Shown here: positions 1 to 12,000 of the stretch, piece by piece
How positions within the stretch are numbered: the stretch's first letter is position 1
Layout of the letters: the number at the start of each line of letters is the position of its first letter
NCBI GenBank assembly: GCA_030167865.1
Contig: JALAGF010000383.1
Location: 62,001 to 126,000 of the forward strand
Reading direction: 5' to 3'
Length of the DNA stretch: 64,000 nt
From: Craspedostauros australis
Lineage: Eukaryota
Program-made: the position numbers and the translations under genes
Notes under the pieces: model-generated
The model's input: the letters and a program-made list of their open reading frames with translations, nothing else
Told to the model about the DNA's origin: nothing
Database searches by the model: none

Positions 1-1
1 C

Positions 2-3000
2 ATGCCACACGATGGATTGGATCTGCCTGCTGACCTCCGTTACCTTCTTCTCTTTCGTCCCTGGCTTGATCGTGACTGTGCGACGCACATCCGTGACATC
101 AACCAGCGGCGGCAGCGCGTCCGATCCCTGGCTCTTGAGCATGGTGATGATGTAATTTTCGTGCCCGCGGAGGACCGCGATGTTGGCAGCGGTGTTGGAG
201 TCGTTGTCTTGGTGGAAGAGATCCGCCTTCTTCGAGAGGAGGAGCAAACTTGAGACGGTGGAGTTGTATGCCGCCGCGTACAATAGAGGCGTGCGTCCAT
301 GGTTGTCGGCGATGGACACGCTCTTGTCGGCACCTTTGGCCGCCAGGAGAGCGCTGACGAGATCGACTCTGTCGTGAGTCGTCGACGAGAGACAATGCGG
401 AAAGTTCCAATGATCCATCGAAGATGCATGTTCGAGAAAGCAGTAATGCAAGGGCGTTCTGTTGCGCGAGTCGACAATATCCAGCCGCGCACCAGCTCTC
501 ATGAAGAGCGCCTCGCATGGCTCCAGAGCCTCCTCCCGACGTGCTGTTGCCTTCTCGACACTGAAATGGAATGCCGTTCTGCCTGAGGAATCCTTCCTGT
601 TGATTTCTCTGGTGACCAGATCATTCACATCGTCATCTGTCCTATCCTTGACGGAACCGGTGGTGGCCTGACTTGTCGCTGCATGCTTCGATATGAACCG
701 CAGCACCAACTTGACCAGCCTCGCGTTGTCCTTCTTGGCGGCGATGTGAATCGGCAACTCCCCTTCCAAATTCGCTTGTGTTATTAACGACAGATAATTG
801 TCCGTCATGTAGGTCACGAGCTGGTCGTCCTGCCGACGGAGCGCAATGTGCAGCGCTGTGTCTCCTGTCGAGGAGCTCTGGGCGCAAAGGTCCAAACCAA
901 AGTCATCACGCAGCTTTTGCCACGCGCTTCTGGGGATGAATTCGCAATTCGCAAGAATCTTCACCAGCGGTTCTGTGTCGTTTGTCTGGTTGTTGTTCCT
1001 CCGCGCGCTGTTGCTGGAGCTACTGCCAGCACTGTTGCCATTCGCAGATTTGCGGCGACTCTTCAGACGATTCTGTCTTTGTGACATGATGTCACGAAAG
1101 TGCTTCACGACGCTGACCCCGACATCCTCTTTCTTCGAATCGAGGAATTCGGTGGCAAGCTGCACCATCTTCTTGACTTGCTCTGTATCATCCACCTTCT
1201 TTGCATCTGAGCCTTCATCATCTGCATCTGCATTTGCATTTGCAGCTGCGTTGGTGGAGCCGCTGCCACCACCATCGTCGCCGCCATCGCCTGCCGTCAC
1301 ATCAGCCATGTCATCATCCGCGTTGTCGACAGCATCGTCTCGTGGGACAGTGTTGATGTCATGTGATCCTGCATCGACGAACATTTGCAGCACCTCGAAG
1401 AAGTGGTCGTAACATTGCGCGATTTGTCTTCGAAGGTTCACATGCTTTGCGACGTTTCGAGGCAGCATTCTGTGTGTCAGCACCTGCATCGGCGTCAAGG
1501 GAAAGCCGTCGCACGGTGCCTTGCTGTTCACCTGGTCCTTGCACAACGGAAGAAGCCATTCCATCATTTGCTTGGTTCTCTGCGGTCGCTCATCGAAGCA
1601 GGTGATATGCAGCAAGGTTTGTCCAACGTCATTCCCGCCAAAGGCGACAGCCTGGTCGTATGTTTCCAGCACATTTCGGATCCTCGACGCATCGATGATG
1701 TCTTTGCCTGTGACCAATAGGGGCGACTGCGAGTGCGACTGTGAGTGGTGCCAGCCATGGCGCGTGTTGCGTGATGTCTCCGCACGTTTGTCAGCCTGGA
1801 CTTCAGCCAGGACGGGGCATAAGAACTCGGGATCATGGAACAAGGGAACCTCGTCGATGGGCTGTGTCGCCAGTTGTGGATGCTTGGTAAGGACACCTTT
1901 GACACAAGTCATGGATTTTTCCCACATAGGGTCGGCCACGTTGCAATTCGCCATGTACTGCACAGCCATGTGCAACGGAGAGCGACCCATCGCATCCAAT
2001 GCGCCGAGCATTGCAGCAAAGGTTTCCTTCCCTACAGCATCCTCGACTCGTTCCAGATCTTCACGACAACGGTAGGGGCGAGAGCCGAGTAAGTGATGGA
2101 CGATGTTCTTCCCTTCGCTGTCCTTGATGTCTGCGCTGATCGTGGCGCCATTCTTCAGCAAGAACCCCATCATGATGCCGTTGTCAGCTTCCACAGCATG
2201 GAAGATGGCAGGCATTCCACTTTCGTCTTTGGCATCCATGTCGAAGTTGCCCATCTTCAGCAGCAACCGTGCCAAGCCAAGCACACGGGCCGGTGTGACG
2301 TTGGGAACTTTGAACGGCTGCGCTGCCAGCACATGAAGCATGTTGAAACCATCCAACGTGGTCGATGTCACATCCACGTCTTTGTTTTGCAGCAGCTTGC
2401 GCAGAGCCCAAGGCAATTCTTTCCGAACAGCCTCTTCCTCCGCAGCTTCCTTCTTATCATCGCTGTCACTCTTGTCACCAGTTTTGGTTTTCTTGGTTTT
2501 GCTGCTGCTGCCTTTGCTGGTCTTGGCGGCATCCACATTAAGCGCGACGTTGGTGCGCATACGCGTCTCCATGTAGCCCTCCATCAGCTTGAAGAACGTT
2601 GACTTGCCTTCGTCGTCCTTGAAGTTCACGTCCACGTTAGGTAGCTCAAGCAGCAATCTGGCGACGGCGTGACGGCCCTTCTGAACTGCCACAGAGAGAG
2701 GTGTCGTGTTCCAGGAATTCTTCGCATCCGGAGCAGCGCCGGCATCCAGGAGAAGCCGAACGCAGTCGTCCCACCCGTATGCGACAGCGTAGTGCATGGG
2801 GCTGTTGTTGCTAGAGTCGCATGCATCGGTGCTGACCCCCAGCCGCAGAAGGTACGACACGACATGGGCATGGCCGTTCATGCAGGCGTGAATGAGCGGG
2901 GTGCGCTTCAGCTTGTCGCCCTTGACCGGGTTGCCCTTGAAGCGGATGAGCAGCTTGAGCATTTCTAGGTCGCCCAGACTCGCAGCAATGTGCATCGGCG

Positions 3001-5527
3001 ATTTGCGATTGGCGGCAGCAGTGCTGGGTGCGTTGGCATCAGCGCCTTCCTCAAGCATGGCTTGCACTGTTTGCAACGCCGCGGAGCGTCTGGAGTAGGT
3101 GGCGAGGTGGATGGGGGTCAGACCTGTTGAGTTCTTGGCGTTCAGGAGAATCTTGCGTTGATCACCTTCGGCATCCTGGAGGAGAGCCCTGATGTTGTGC
3201 GTTCGTGAACACCGCGCAGCGAAGTGCAGGGGGGTGTCCTTGTTCTTGTCGATAGCTACCTTGGGAAGGCTGTACTCCTCCAGGAGGAAGCGCAGTGGAC
3301 CATCACCTTCGCATGAAGCAGCGTAGTGCAGCAATCCAGTCTGTTGATTGTCGGCGGTCTGGGCATGTTCTGGAGCAACATGAAGAAGGGCCTTGAGGAA
3401 GATCGCGTTGGGGTTGATGCACGCAGTCATCAATGGTGTAAATCGAGTTCCGTCTTCGGTCTTTTTGATGACAGAACGTGCCTGGAAGTCCTTCGAGAAC
3501 ACTTTCCCTAAATCCGTTTTGGTCGCTTCATTTCCGTTGCCGTCGTTGCCGTTGACATTGCTATTGCCGCTGGTTGTGGCTGTGGCTGTGGCACGTGCGG
3601 AGGCCCCAGCGTTTGCGTCGTCTGCGTCCATTTCTGTGTCTTCATCTTCGGTTGTTTTTTCATTCTCCGCGGTCTTGCCCTTGCCCTTGCCTTTGCCCTT
3701 GGCCTTGTTTTTGGCTTTGGTCTTGGTGGCGCTGGCCTTGCTTTCGTCCTCTCCTTCTTTGTCGTCCGCATCGCCAGTGCTGGTGTTAGCGTTGGCATTG
3801 GCATTGGAGTTGACGTCGTCGGTGCTACTCTTGTGGGGAACATCGCGCAAAGATTCGACGTGGAGGAAATTGTACATGTTGGTGTTGTGGGGCATGGCAA
3901 ATTTCTGATCGATGATGCGTTTGACGATGTTGCGATGACCTCCCTTCAGAGCCTGATCCAGAAAATCGCAATCTGGGAATCTCATGGAAAAGGTTGCCTC
4001 GGCCAGATCGAGGATGTCGGTTGCGATCTCGTCGAAGTCCTCGGCCAAGGTCAGCGTCTTGCAATCACTTAGGACAGAGATCAGCTCGGTGGGAAGCGAT
4101 TTACCAGGCACGCCGATGGAACGGTGGGAGCAGGTGGCGTAGCTGTTGCCTCGTGTGTCATGCAACAGCGCGTTGTTGCCTTCCCTGCCTCCGCGTGATG
4201 CATTGATCGCGCGCCTGTTGTAGTTGGCATGGCGTGAAGTGATTTTTCCGGTGGACAACGTGGGCAAGGCGCAAGGCTGCATGCTGGGGCGCTGGGGAGT
4301 CCTGATCAAGCTGTCTCGCTCCTCCTTGTATGCATTGAGCAAGGTCTTCAACGCCGTCTTGTCTCCCATGACAATGGCTTGGATGAGTGGCGTCATGGGG
4401 AAGGCAAGGCATTGGATATGGTGGAGGCTGGTGATGGATGTGGCTGCGGATGAAATGGCAGCCTTCAACGCCTTCGTGTCCTTTGCAGCAACTGCTCGCA
4501 CTACTTCCTTGCTGCATCGCTCGATGTCTCCATCAAATTTGGCAATCTTTCCGTTCTTGACGCCGAATGGGTTGTCCACCAACTTGAAGGAAGGGCGTGG
4601 AGTAACGCCTCTGATGGTTCTTGCGCGCTTGGCCTTGCTACCTCCCGCCGACTTCTTCGCCTTGCTGCCGCCCTTGCCCTTCCGCTTTCGTTTGCCACCG
4701 ATAGAGGACATAGGGTCGTCATCGTCATCATCATCATCATCGTCGTCATCGATGGCTACAGCGGAACCAGAACGAGGGCCAGTCACCATCTCCGACTTAC
4801 TGCCAGTCTTGCGCGCAGCCAGTCTCACGCGCTTTGCCACCGCCACGTCTCCGAACTGCGAATCGGCATCTGCGTCGTAGTCATCCTCCAGTTGTTCCTC
4901 GAGCTTTTGGTTGGCGTAGATGTAAGCTTCCTCGCTGATGGTGAGGAGCTCGCCGTGCGTGGTGCTGTAGCTGCTCTTGGCCAGATGCGAGATGGAGCAG
5001 ACCAACGAGCCAACCGCAACCGCGTCGTCGTTTCCAGCAACCCAATACTTGTTGGGATTGGTGGTGGTGGTAGTGGTGGTTGTAGTGTTGGCGTTGCCAT
5101 CGTCGTCAGCATCTTCCTCGTCGTCGTCGTAGTCGAACCAAGTGATCCCCACCTCAGCCTCGTCCGCTGCTCCCATGAGAACATCCTCCTGCAAACGCCC
5201 CACCAGATACTTTTCCTTCATATCGGTTGCATCCATCGAAGCGATTGCCAGCACCACCTCCAGCGAGGCGAACTTCATCTCGTACTCATCCTTGATCACG
5301 TGGACTTTGGGTTTCTCTTTCGCTTTCGTTGGGGTTGCCTTGTCGGCCTTCTTCTTCTCGGCCTTCGTGGTGGTGGCGACCATGGCTGCGCCGGAGTTGG
5401 CTGGACTTGCCTTCGGGCTTAACTTCGCCTTCGGTTTGCCGTCTTCGGACTTGCCCGAGGTCTTCTTCGCAACGGCAGCCGCGCCGCTCTTCTTCTTCGC
5501 GCCTACCGCCCTCTTCGTCCTTGCCAT
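2..5527 (-). CDS. Large ankyrin-repeat protein, 3'-truncated by the window edge (>1840 aa); possibly a tankyrase/PME-5-like poly(ADP-ribose) polymerase
   Basis: ATG at 5527 (MARTKRAVGAKKKSG...). I found no stop in this frame down to position 2, which explains its absence from the ORF track. Several + strand ORFs (2..253, 848..1084, 2093..2602, 2669..2968, 3833..4072, 4892..5422) are its in-register antisense shadows. It has many ankyrin motifs: TPLMTACINPN, DTPLHFAAR, LTPIHLA, SPMHIAASLGDLEMLKLL, RTPLIHACMNGHAHVVSYLL, SPMHYAVAYGWDDCVRLLLDAGA, GDTALHIAL, GRTPLLYAA. The N-terminus is Lys-rich and acidic low-complexity. No PARP catalytic domain is visible in the window. Confidence 0.85.
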   Translation of the reverse strand, partial: MARTKRAVGAKKKSGAAAVAKKTSGKSEDGKPKAKLSPKASPANSGAAMVATTTKAEKKKADKATPTKAKEKPKVHVIKDEYEMKFASLEVVLAIASMDATDMKEKYLVGRLQEDVLMGAADEAEVGITWFDYDDDEEDADDDGNANTTTTTTTTTNPNKYWVAGNDDAVAVGSLVCSISHLAKSSYSTTHGELLTISEEAYIYANQKLEEQLEDDYDADADSQFGDVAVAKRVRLAARKTGSKSEMVTGPRSGSAVAIDDDDDDDDDDDDPMSSIGGKRKRKGKGGSKAKKSAGGSKAKRARTIRGVTPRPSFKLVDNPFGVKNGKIAKFDGDIERCSKEVVRAVAAKDTKALKAAISSAATSITSLHHIQCLAFPMTPLIQAIVMGDKTALKTLLNAYKEERDSLIRTPQRPSMQPCALPTLSTGKITSRHANYNRRAINASRGGREGNNALLHDTRGNSYATCSHRSIGVPGKSLPTELISVLSDCKTLTLAEDFDEIATDILDLAEATFSMRFPDCDFLDQALKGGHRNIVKRIIDQKFAMPHNTNMYNFLHVESLRDVPHKSSTDDVNSNANANANTSTGDADDKEGEDESKASATKTKAKNKAKGKGKGKGKTAENEKTTEDEDTEMDADDANAGASARATATATTSGNSNVNGNDGNGNEATKTDLGKVFSKDFQARSVIKKTEDGTRFTPLMTACINPNAIFLKALLHVAPEHAQTADNQQTGLLHYAASCEGDGPLRFLLEEYSLPKVAIDKNKDTPLHFAARCSRTHNIRALLQDAEGDQRKILLNAKNSTGLTPIHLATYSRRSAALQTVQAMLEEGADANAPSTAAANRKSPMHIAASLGDLEMLKLLIRFKGNPVKGDKLKRTPLIHACMNGHAHVVSYLLRLGVSTDACDSSNNSPMHYAVAYGWDDCVRLLLDAGAAPDAKNSWNTTPLSVAVQKGRHAVARLLLELPNVDVNFKDDEGKSTFFKLMEGYMETRMRTNVALNVDAAKTSKGSSSKTKKTKTGDKSDSDDKKEAAEEEAVRKELPWALRKLLQNKDVDVTSTTLDGFNMLHVLAAQPFKVPNVTPARVLGLARLLLKMGNFDMDAKDESGMPAIFHAVEADNGIMMGFLLKNGATISADIKDSEGKNIVHHLLGSRPYRCREDLERVEDAVGKETFAAMLGALDAMGRSPLHMAVQYMANCNVADPMWEKSMTCVKGVLTKHPQLATQPIDEVPLFHDPEFLCPVLAEVQADKRAETSRNTRHGWHHSQSHSQSPLLVTGKDIIDASRIRNVLETYDQAVAFGGNDVGQTLLHITCFDERPQRTKQMMEWLLPLCKDQVNSKAPCDGFPLTPMQVLTHRMLPRNVAKHVNLRRQIAQCYDHFFEVLQMFVDAGSHDINTVPRDDAVDNADDDMADVTAGDGGDDGGGSGSTNAAANANADADDEGSDAKKVDDTEQVKKMVQLATEFLDSKKEDVGVSVVKHFRDIMSQRQNRLKSRRKSANGNSAGSSSSNSARRNNNQTNDTEPLVKILANCEFIPRSAWQKLRDDFGLDLCAQSSSTGDTALHIALRRQDDQLVTYMTDNYLSLITQANLEGELPIHIAAKKDNARLVKLVLRFISKHAATSQATTGSVKDRTDDDVNDLVTREINRKDSSGRTAFHFSVEKATARREEALEPCEALFMRAGARLDIVDSRNRTPLHYCFLEHASSMDHWNFPHCLSSTTHDRVDLVSALLAAKGADKSVSIADNHGRTPLLYAAAYNSTVSSLLLLSKKADLFHQDNDSNTAANIAVLRGHENYIITMLKSQGSDALPPLVDVTDVRRTVTIKPGTKEKKVTEVSRQIQSIVWH

Positions 5528-8500
5528 GTTCGCCAGAGATCCTTGCTTCGATTGCGCTTTGCTGTTGGTTGTGTGGTGATGAGCAATACCGTAGCTGGTA
5601 GCTTGTGCAGAAGTGCGACGACTCTGGAAGTGTGCGCTTGTGCTGTTGGCGATGTTCGTTTCTGTTTGTGTGATGTTTGGTGCGAACTCCAACTCTCGCT
5701 CTGTGGTAGTAGTAGCACACGTGCCAGTTCTCGTGTCAGTATGGTTCTGACCAGTGCCTCGTACTCAGTTGTGCCTGTGTCTGTGACTGTCGGAGACGTT
5801 GTGGGTATTGTTACGACTGCTACTGGGTACTCGTACAAATCCGCTGCTTGTGGTCGACAACGCTGGTTTGATTCAGATCTGCAACCAAAATCTTTGTGAC
5901 CTTTCTTTTCTTCACGTTCCACTTTTTGTGACTTTCTCTGTTCCTTGTTGTTGTTTTGGATACTCTCTTCCATCTGGTCGCAATTCACACAACAGCCAAT
6001 GAAAAGGAAGAACTCGCGAAATGGCCTGATGGCCCAAAATTGCTGCCAAGCTGCCAAACTTCATGCCGGTTGGGCACGATCCACGAGGTCTCTGCTGATC
6101 TTGGCGAGGTCCCCATACGTGCGAGCACAGTCTAGTGGTACGCAAACTGCATACTACGATCTACTCCACTCTATGCGTACGAATACGCTGCAGCCAACCA
6201 GTTCTGGCCCCACATCCCGTCAAGAACATGTTGCAGCCAAGTCGTTCATGAGGCACTTCGTATTTGAGTATTGTTAGAGCGTGGTATTGAAAAACACTGG
6301 AGCGTGGAATGCACACGTGCTTGCTCTGCAGATTCGACCCAACGCAACTCTTGTTCTCATTCGGTATGCCAGAAGAGTGAGCAGAACGACGATGTCGAAG
6401 CAACCCATGCAATTCTCCCCACTGTGGGCAGGGACACGGCTGTAGGTCGTACATGTACGGCTCGAAGAAGCCAAGCCCACGATCCGAGGACAGAGACTTT
6501 CTCTGATGCCCAAAGTATGCCCGACTTCGTCTTCCACAGAGAGTGAAGCTCAAATGCTGTGCTACAGTGTACCATACACGTAGGAAGATGATATGTTGCT
6601 CAGAGTACTCTCAGAGGAACACGATATAATCAGTACGAGCTCGAGCAATGGGACACTCTGCTCGTACTCAATTGAAGCAGAGCACAGACACACTACGCAT
6701 TCGACTGGATTACCTTTTCCAATGGTATTATGCATACTGGTCGAACTACGCGCCGCAAGAAATCTGACGACCTTTTCGATTGCGCGATCCTCGATGCTCC
6801 CTGCACACGAGGGAGAAATTCCCTCCCCAATCAGATTCCTTCTTGATGGAGTCTCGGGTTCCGCTCATTGAATGTCCGAACGAGGATGGTTGAACCCCGA
6901 TCTTGCGAAATCAACGCATCATTCGAAGAGCAGTCTTGGCACGAGGAAGCGACTCGGAGTATGAAGCTCTATAGTATTGCAGTTGTGAATGTCAACGAAA
7001 GGCAACGGACGGCATCCCCAAGGCGCCATACCTTCACTCAATCGTGCGATCGTCAGAACACTGCGGCCTTGCAACTGATCAGTCGATTGCAATGTCCTTT
7101 CATCTTGCCCCCCACCACTTTGACGTTTCTTTCATCAGCGCGCGCTTCCAATTGCAGCACAATCCCATCGACAATTTGCCACGATCGCGGAGTAGGCCCT
7201 TCCACCCTCTGTGGAATACTGACACATATCTAGAGTCCACTTGTTGTGCTCCACGCCATCTGAACGTCTGCGAACAAGACCATGCCTCCTCTGACATCAA
7301 TACACTCCAAAAGATACGTAGGCGCCGAGACAATCGAGCTCTCTGGAGTCCCACTTCCGCCGATGCCAAGGTCTCTCACCACCGCTGGCTACAAAGACTC
7401 CGCGAGTTCCGACGATTGTTTGCGAACAAACATCAGCACTCGCGGTTTTGTGTCTTCAAAATCGGAAGATCCAAGAACGAATGGTCTTTGATTTTGGTGG
7501 CGAAGTGCAAGTGTCACACGAGCATAGCGTTGTACTCGATGGTATGGAATGATAGTCGTACATGACAAGGAAGTGAACCTCCTGCCGCATCGCTCATCGA
7601 ACCAGAGTATTGGATCGCAGGCCAATCCAGTCTCAAACATGTCATGCACGAAGGGCACCGTTCTATTCCAAGAGTGAGAGAAACTTCCCATGAGGAACTG
7701 AAGACTGATGCTGTTCACATTTGTGTGGCAACTAAGTCCCTCCGTCGGAGTCTCAAGATGGAGCACAAACGATGACTTCGTCCACTAATTGGCCGCATGC
7801 TATTGTGATGTTTCGCGCTGAAGCTACCATTGCAAGTATAGTAGAGCACAACAGGTTGCAGCGGAACCATTTGAGGCATTTCTTTTCAATACGGACTTGA
7901 GATACAGGAGTCCATCGTCGTTCTTGTTTGTGTTTACTGTGTACCACTGCCAAGAAGTGAGGTGACCACCTCCCTGTGTGGAGGACGTCATGAATCGTCA
8001 TTAGCGAGAAATTGGCACACATTTCTGAAGTGAAACCTCGACAGGTCATTCCACAAAAGATGTGACACGAACCACTCGCGTTCTCCTTTTACTATCATTC
8101 AGTGCGTGACCAGCGAGGATTTATTGAATAACCAAGGATCGCTCCCAGTTTGTTCGTGTGCCTGTACGGTCTCGTACGTACCATACCTACGAAATCATAC
8201 GCGCAGATATTCGTTCGGGTTAACGTACTCGTGGCTCGCATTACCCATAACAACAAGCCAGATCCCCTCGCCACCAAAAGGCTCCATGTGTCTTCAGATG
8301 ACTCTGGTAGGATTGCAGAGCGAGATGATAGCCTGGAAACATCAACATGCGTCACGCGAAGCTTTGTGATGGTGCAGAATCGCTCGTGACAATCTGGTCA
8401 ATACGACACCGCAGAAAGGAGGATGCTCTCCTGGATGATCTCACAAAATGAATCTTCTCACAATTCAGTATCGAACACCAAAATCACAACAGTTGCAGAC

Positions 8501-9073
8501 AACAAAAAACACGACGTACACCCGCAAACAAATAACACCACACACACCCACACCCGCACCCGCGCACACATACACATACAGAGAGAGAGAGAGAGGGAGA
8601 AGAGACGTCATCGGCACCAACATTGTGTTGAATTGAGTGGAAACTCAAAGTCACGACAACGGTAAGATCAAACCAAGTGAGAAGAACACAGCGGCACAAC
8701 GCAACCCGGTGCAACCTGCTGAAACCTCCTGGAACCTGTGTTATCTTGCGTGACGGGATGTGCTGTGTGGTGTGACCAGAGTTGCACGCATAATCCACCA
8801 CCTGCTGTCCATGTGGAATATCCGCCTATCTTGGCAAAGGCGCCTATATCAAGAGCAAAACTCATGTGTTGCACGCTACGCTCGCTATACTTACGATACT
8901 CGTTCAATCTGCACTCAACTCCATTCAACGGGCTGCATCATACCAATAATGCTGGTTACGTGAGGACAGGGTCCTCGATTCCTTGATACACAGTATCGCA
9001 ACACACTTCCTAGCAAAAAAACACAACAATATACAAAAAAACACAAAAACTACACAGAAACACACAGAAATAC

Positions 9074-12000
9074 ATGAAAATACACAATAGCAACATCACC
9101 ATGACATCCAAGCATCCCCACCGTCCAATGACGAAACCATCCGCCGCATATGGCGGTGTCCTTCACCGCATGGCGTTGGTGGCAATCACACTCGTCATCG
9201 CTTTCCCGACCATCACCGCTGCGCAGTTCACTGCGTACGACTGCCCGAGCATCCGAGATGCCCCCATTGAGCTTACCGAGACGAGCGTCGAGTTAACAAA
9301 GTTTCAACCTGGAGTGTGCACCGTAACCGCAGTGTCCACCGATCCCGAAGATCCCTATTTCGCACCCATCGCTCGCAGCTACGACAACAGGGATTGGGAG
9401 GTCTCCGCTGGTCGTGCTGCTGGGAAGCTTTCCATCGATTGTTCCGGAATCAATCCAGAAGCAGGCAACACTGGATGCCGCATGACTCTGCCACCGCTGG
9501 GAGACTCCGAGGCCTACGTCCTCACTTCGTACGGCCGATATGCACGCACTGGCAGAGAGGAAGGCAAGAAGGCTCTCATCGCCCGCTTCTTGGAGAAAGC
9601 ATCATTTGGTGTGACGCCAGCTGATTTGACAAGCTCCGACTTATCCTACACCTTCAGCAGCTTCAAGCAATGGATCATCAGACAGATGCAGCTTCCCGCG
9701 ACTTCCCATCGCGAGTTCTATCGCAAGCGAGCCAATGAACGGGCCGAGAAGCCCATGATTGCTGGCGAGGCAGGTCCGCATCCATGCGCCAAGGAATCCC
9801 GCTGGAGGAACTTCGCCTTCACCTCACAAGACGCTGGCAAGTCCTTGACGATTGAATCCGCTGGAGGAGACGAGTACCTCATAAAGGTTGATGGTGTGCC
9901 ACGCACACTGGTCCTCTCCAAGATCGAGCTTGTCGGATTTTCGGACTCCACCGGAACCATCAATGTTGGGTCCGCCATCGACGCAGAGCTCAATACAAAA
10001 TACGTGATTTGCGGAACGGGTGCTACGTTCTACCAAGAGAGTACTTCCTCGCCGTTCCGCGTCAAGAAGCCTGGCCAGGACAATAGCAGGTGCCGCCAGT
10101 TCAGAAATGGCAACCCACCTGTCTACATTGATTCCGCGTCACTCGCTGGCAGCGGCGATAGCGATCGCGCATACATGGTCGATCTCCCTGCTATGGACCC
10201 CGGGTTCACTGGAATTGCAACCGTCGACGACAACACCTACACCAGCGAGCTGTGGGAGGCCTTTCAGGCCAATGACGAGTTCCGCCTCACAGAGGATCTC
10301 GCCGATACCACTTGCGACACCATCGAGATCAACCCAAACGCCATCACTCCCACTGTGTTTGGCCGAACGACCAAGAATGGCATGACAGAGTACTTGCTCT
10401 ACGATCCTCACTTGGTGATGTTGGAGAACACCAGCGAGAATCCGCTGGTCGATGGTGGTGGAGCCGTCGCTCTGTCTTCGGACAACCAAGTGAAGTGCCC
10501 CAACGTCGCACGATCCTTCGTCAATGAAGACCACTGCGTGTTAAGCACCGCTCCAACAGCCTGCAGAGCCGACGAGCCGCCTGTCTTTTCTATCAAGCTC
10601 ACAAAGGAATTCTTGAAGAGGGTGTACGACATCGAAGGACGCTATGTAAGTCAACGCAGCAGGACATTCATTGTGCGCTGCTGCCTTTGTTCGTCGAACT
10701 TATGAATGCGCTCGCTCCGAACGCCACCGCCTCTCTCACTATTCTCCCATGGTTGCTTTGCCCATCTATCAACCTATTCATCGCTGCATTCGTTAATTTC
10801 TACCCTCCTCCACTTGTGAATCACTTCATCAACATATAATCGCCATCACCATCACCATCACTATCCACTACATGTTGCTACTGCTGTGATCAGGTCTATG
10901 CCGTTGAAAATCTCCCACTGAATAACGAGATCTTCACCGACAAGAGAGGAACATTGCAACAGTACCAGCCACCACCATGCGGCAGGTTCAGAAATCGATT
11001 CTCTCGCTGGATGCGTGTAGGTGACACCTTCTGCTCGGGCAATGATTATCGTCACGTCGGTGACGAGACAGAAGCTGCATTCGCCACGTTGCTCCAACCA
11101 GGATTTGATGGCAATGCAGAGGAACCACCGCTTTTGAAGGACGTCCGCTTGTTTGAGAGTCAAACTTGCGACGAAGCTGATGAAAACAAGATCTCCCTCG
11201 GCTACATCAAGGGAATGGACGGCCAATGCTGGCAGCATGTCCACAGCCTGACTCTCAACATATACGACCTCACCAGCTGGGCACCTGCACACAACGGCGG
11301 CGCATACAATATCCAGAAGTGGGCCGAGAATGACCTGGCGATACTCACGTTCCCAAATAGCCACCACTCCAATGGTAATTCCAGGTTTTACACAAACATC
11401 GTGGACGCACCCAAGCAGCGCCCGCTTCTCGGCAAGCTGGGTGATGTGATTCCATTCTCAAGGCTTCCAGCAAACCTCCAAACCGACAGGCTCCGCGAAG
11501 AATTCGGATCCGTCCCTGTCAATCCAAGTGGCAATGGCGTGGTCGTCTGTGGATCCATCGGTGAAGTTGCGAACGATCCATCATTGGGATCAGGATACTT
11601 CGTCGAATCATTCAACAGAGATCGCTTCCCCAACAACCCTGTGCCCTTCCATATCTACCGCACACAGCGACAGACCATCTGGGCACACATTGCCCTCAAC
11701 AGTGCCGATCAGCTCCGGCAACGAGTTGCCTTTGCTTTGAGCCAGATTCTTGTGGTGAGTCCTCAGCTTCTGGGCGATGTCCACGGCACGGAGCTCAATT
11801 TGGACTACTACGATATCTTCGTCCGAGGTGCCTTTGGCAGCTACCGCGACGTCCTGAAGAGAGTCGCCTTCCACGATCGAATGGGAGAGATGTTGTCATC
11901 GATCGGATCAACGAGCTTCCAATTTGCAACAGATTATGGCCGCACATCGCATCCAGATGAGAACTTCGCACGAGAGATCATGCAGCTCTTTTCCATCGGG

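Noticed and set aside
2-5579. Many + strand ORFs of 60-218 aa over the ankyrin gene, and similar short ORFs over other genes
   Set aside because: They are antisense or off-frame shadows of long GC-rich coding frames and have no motifs of their own.
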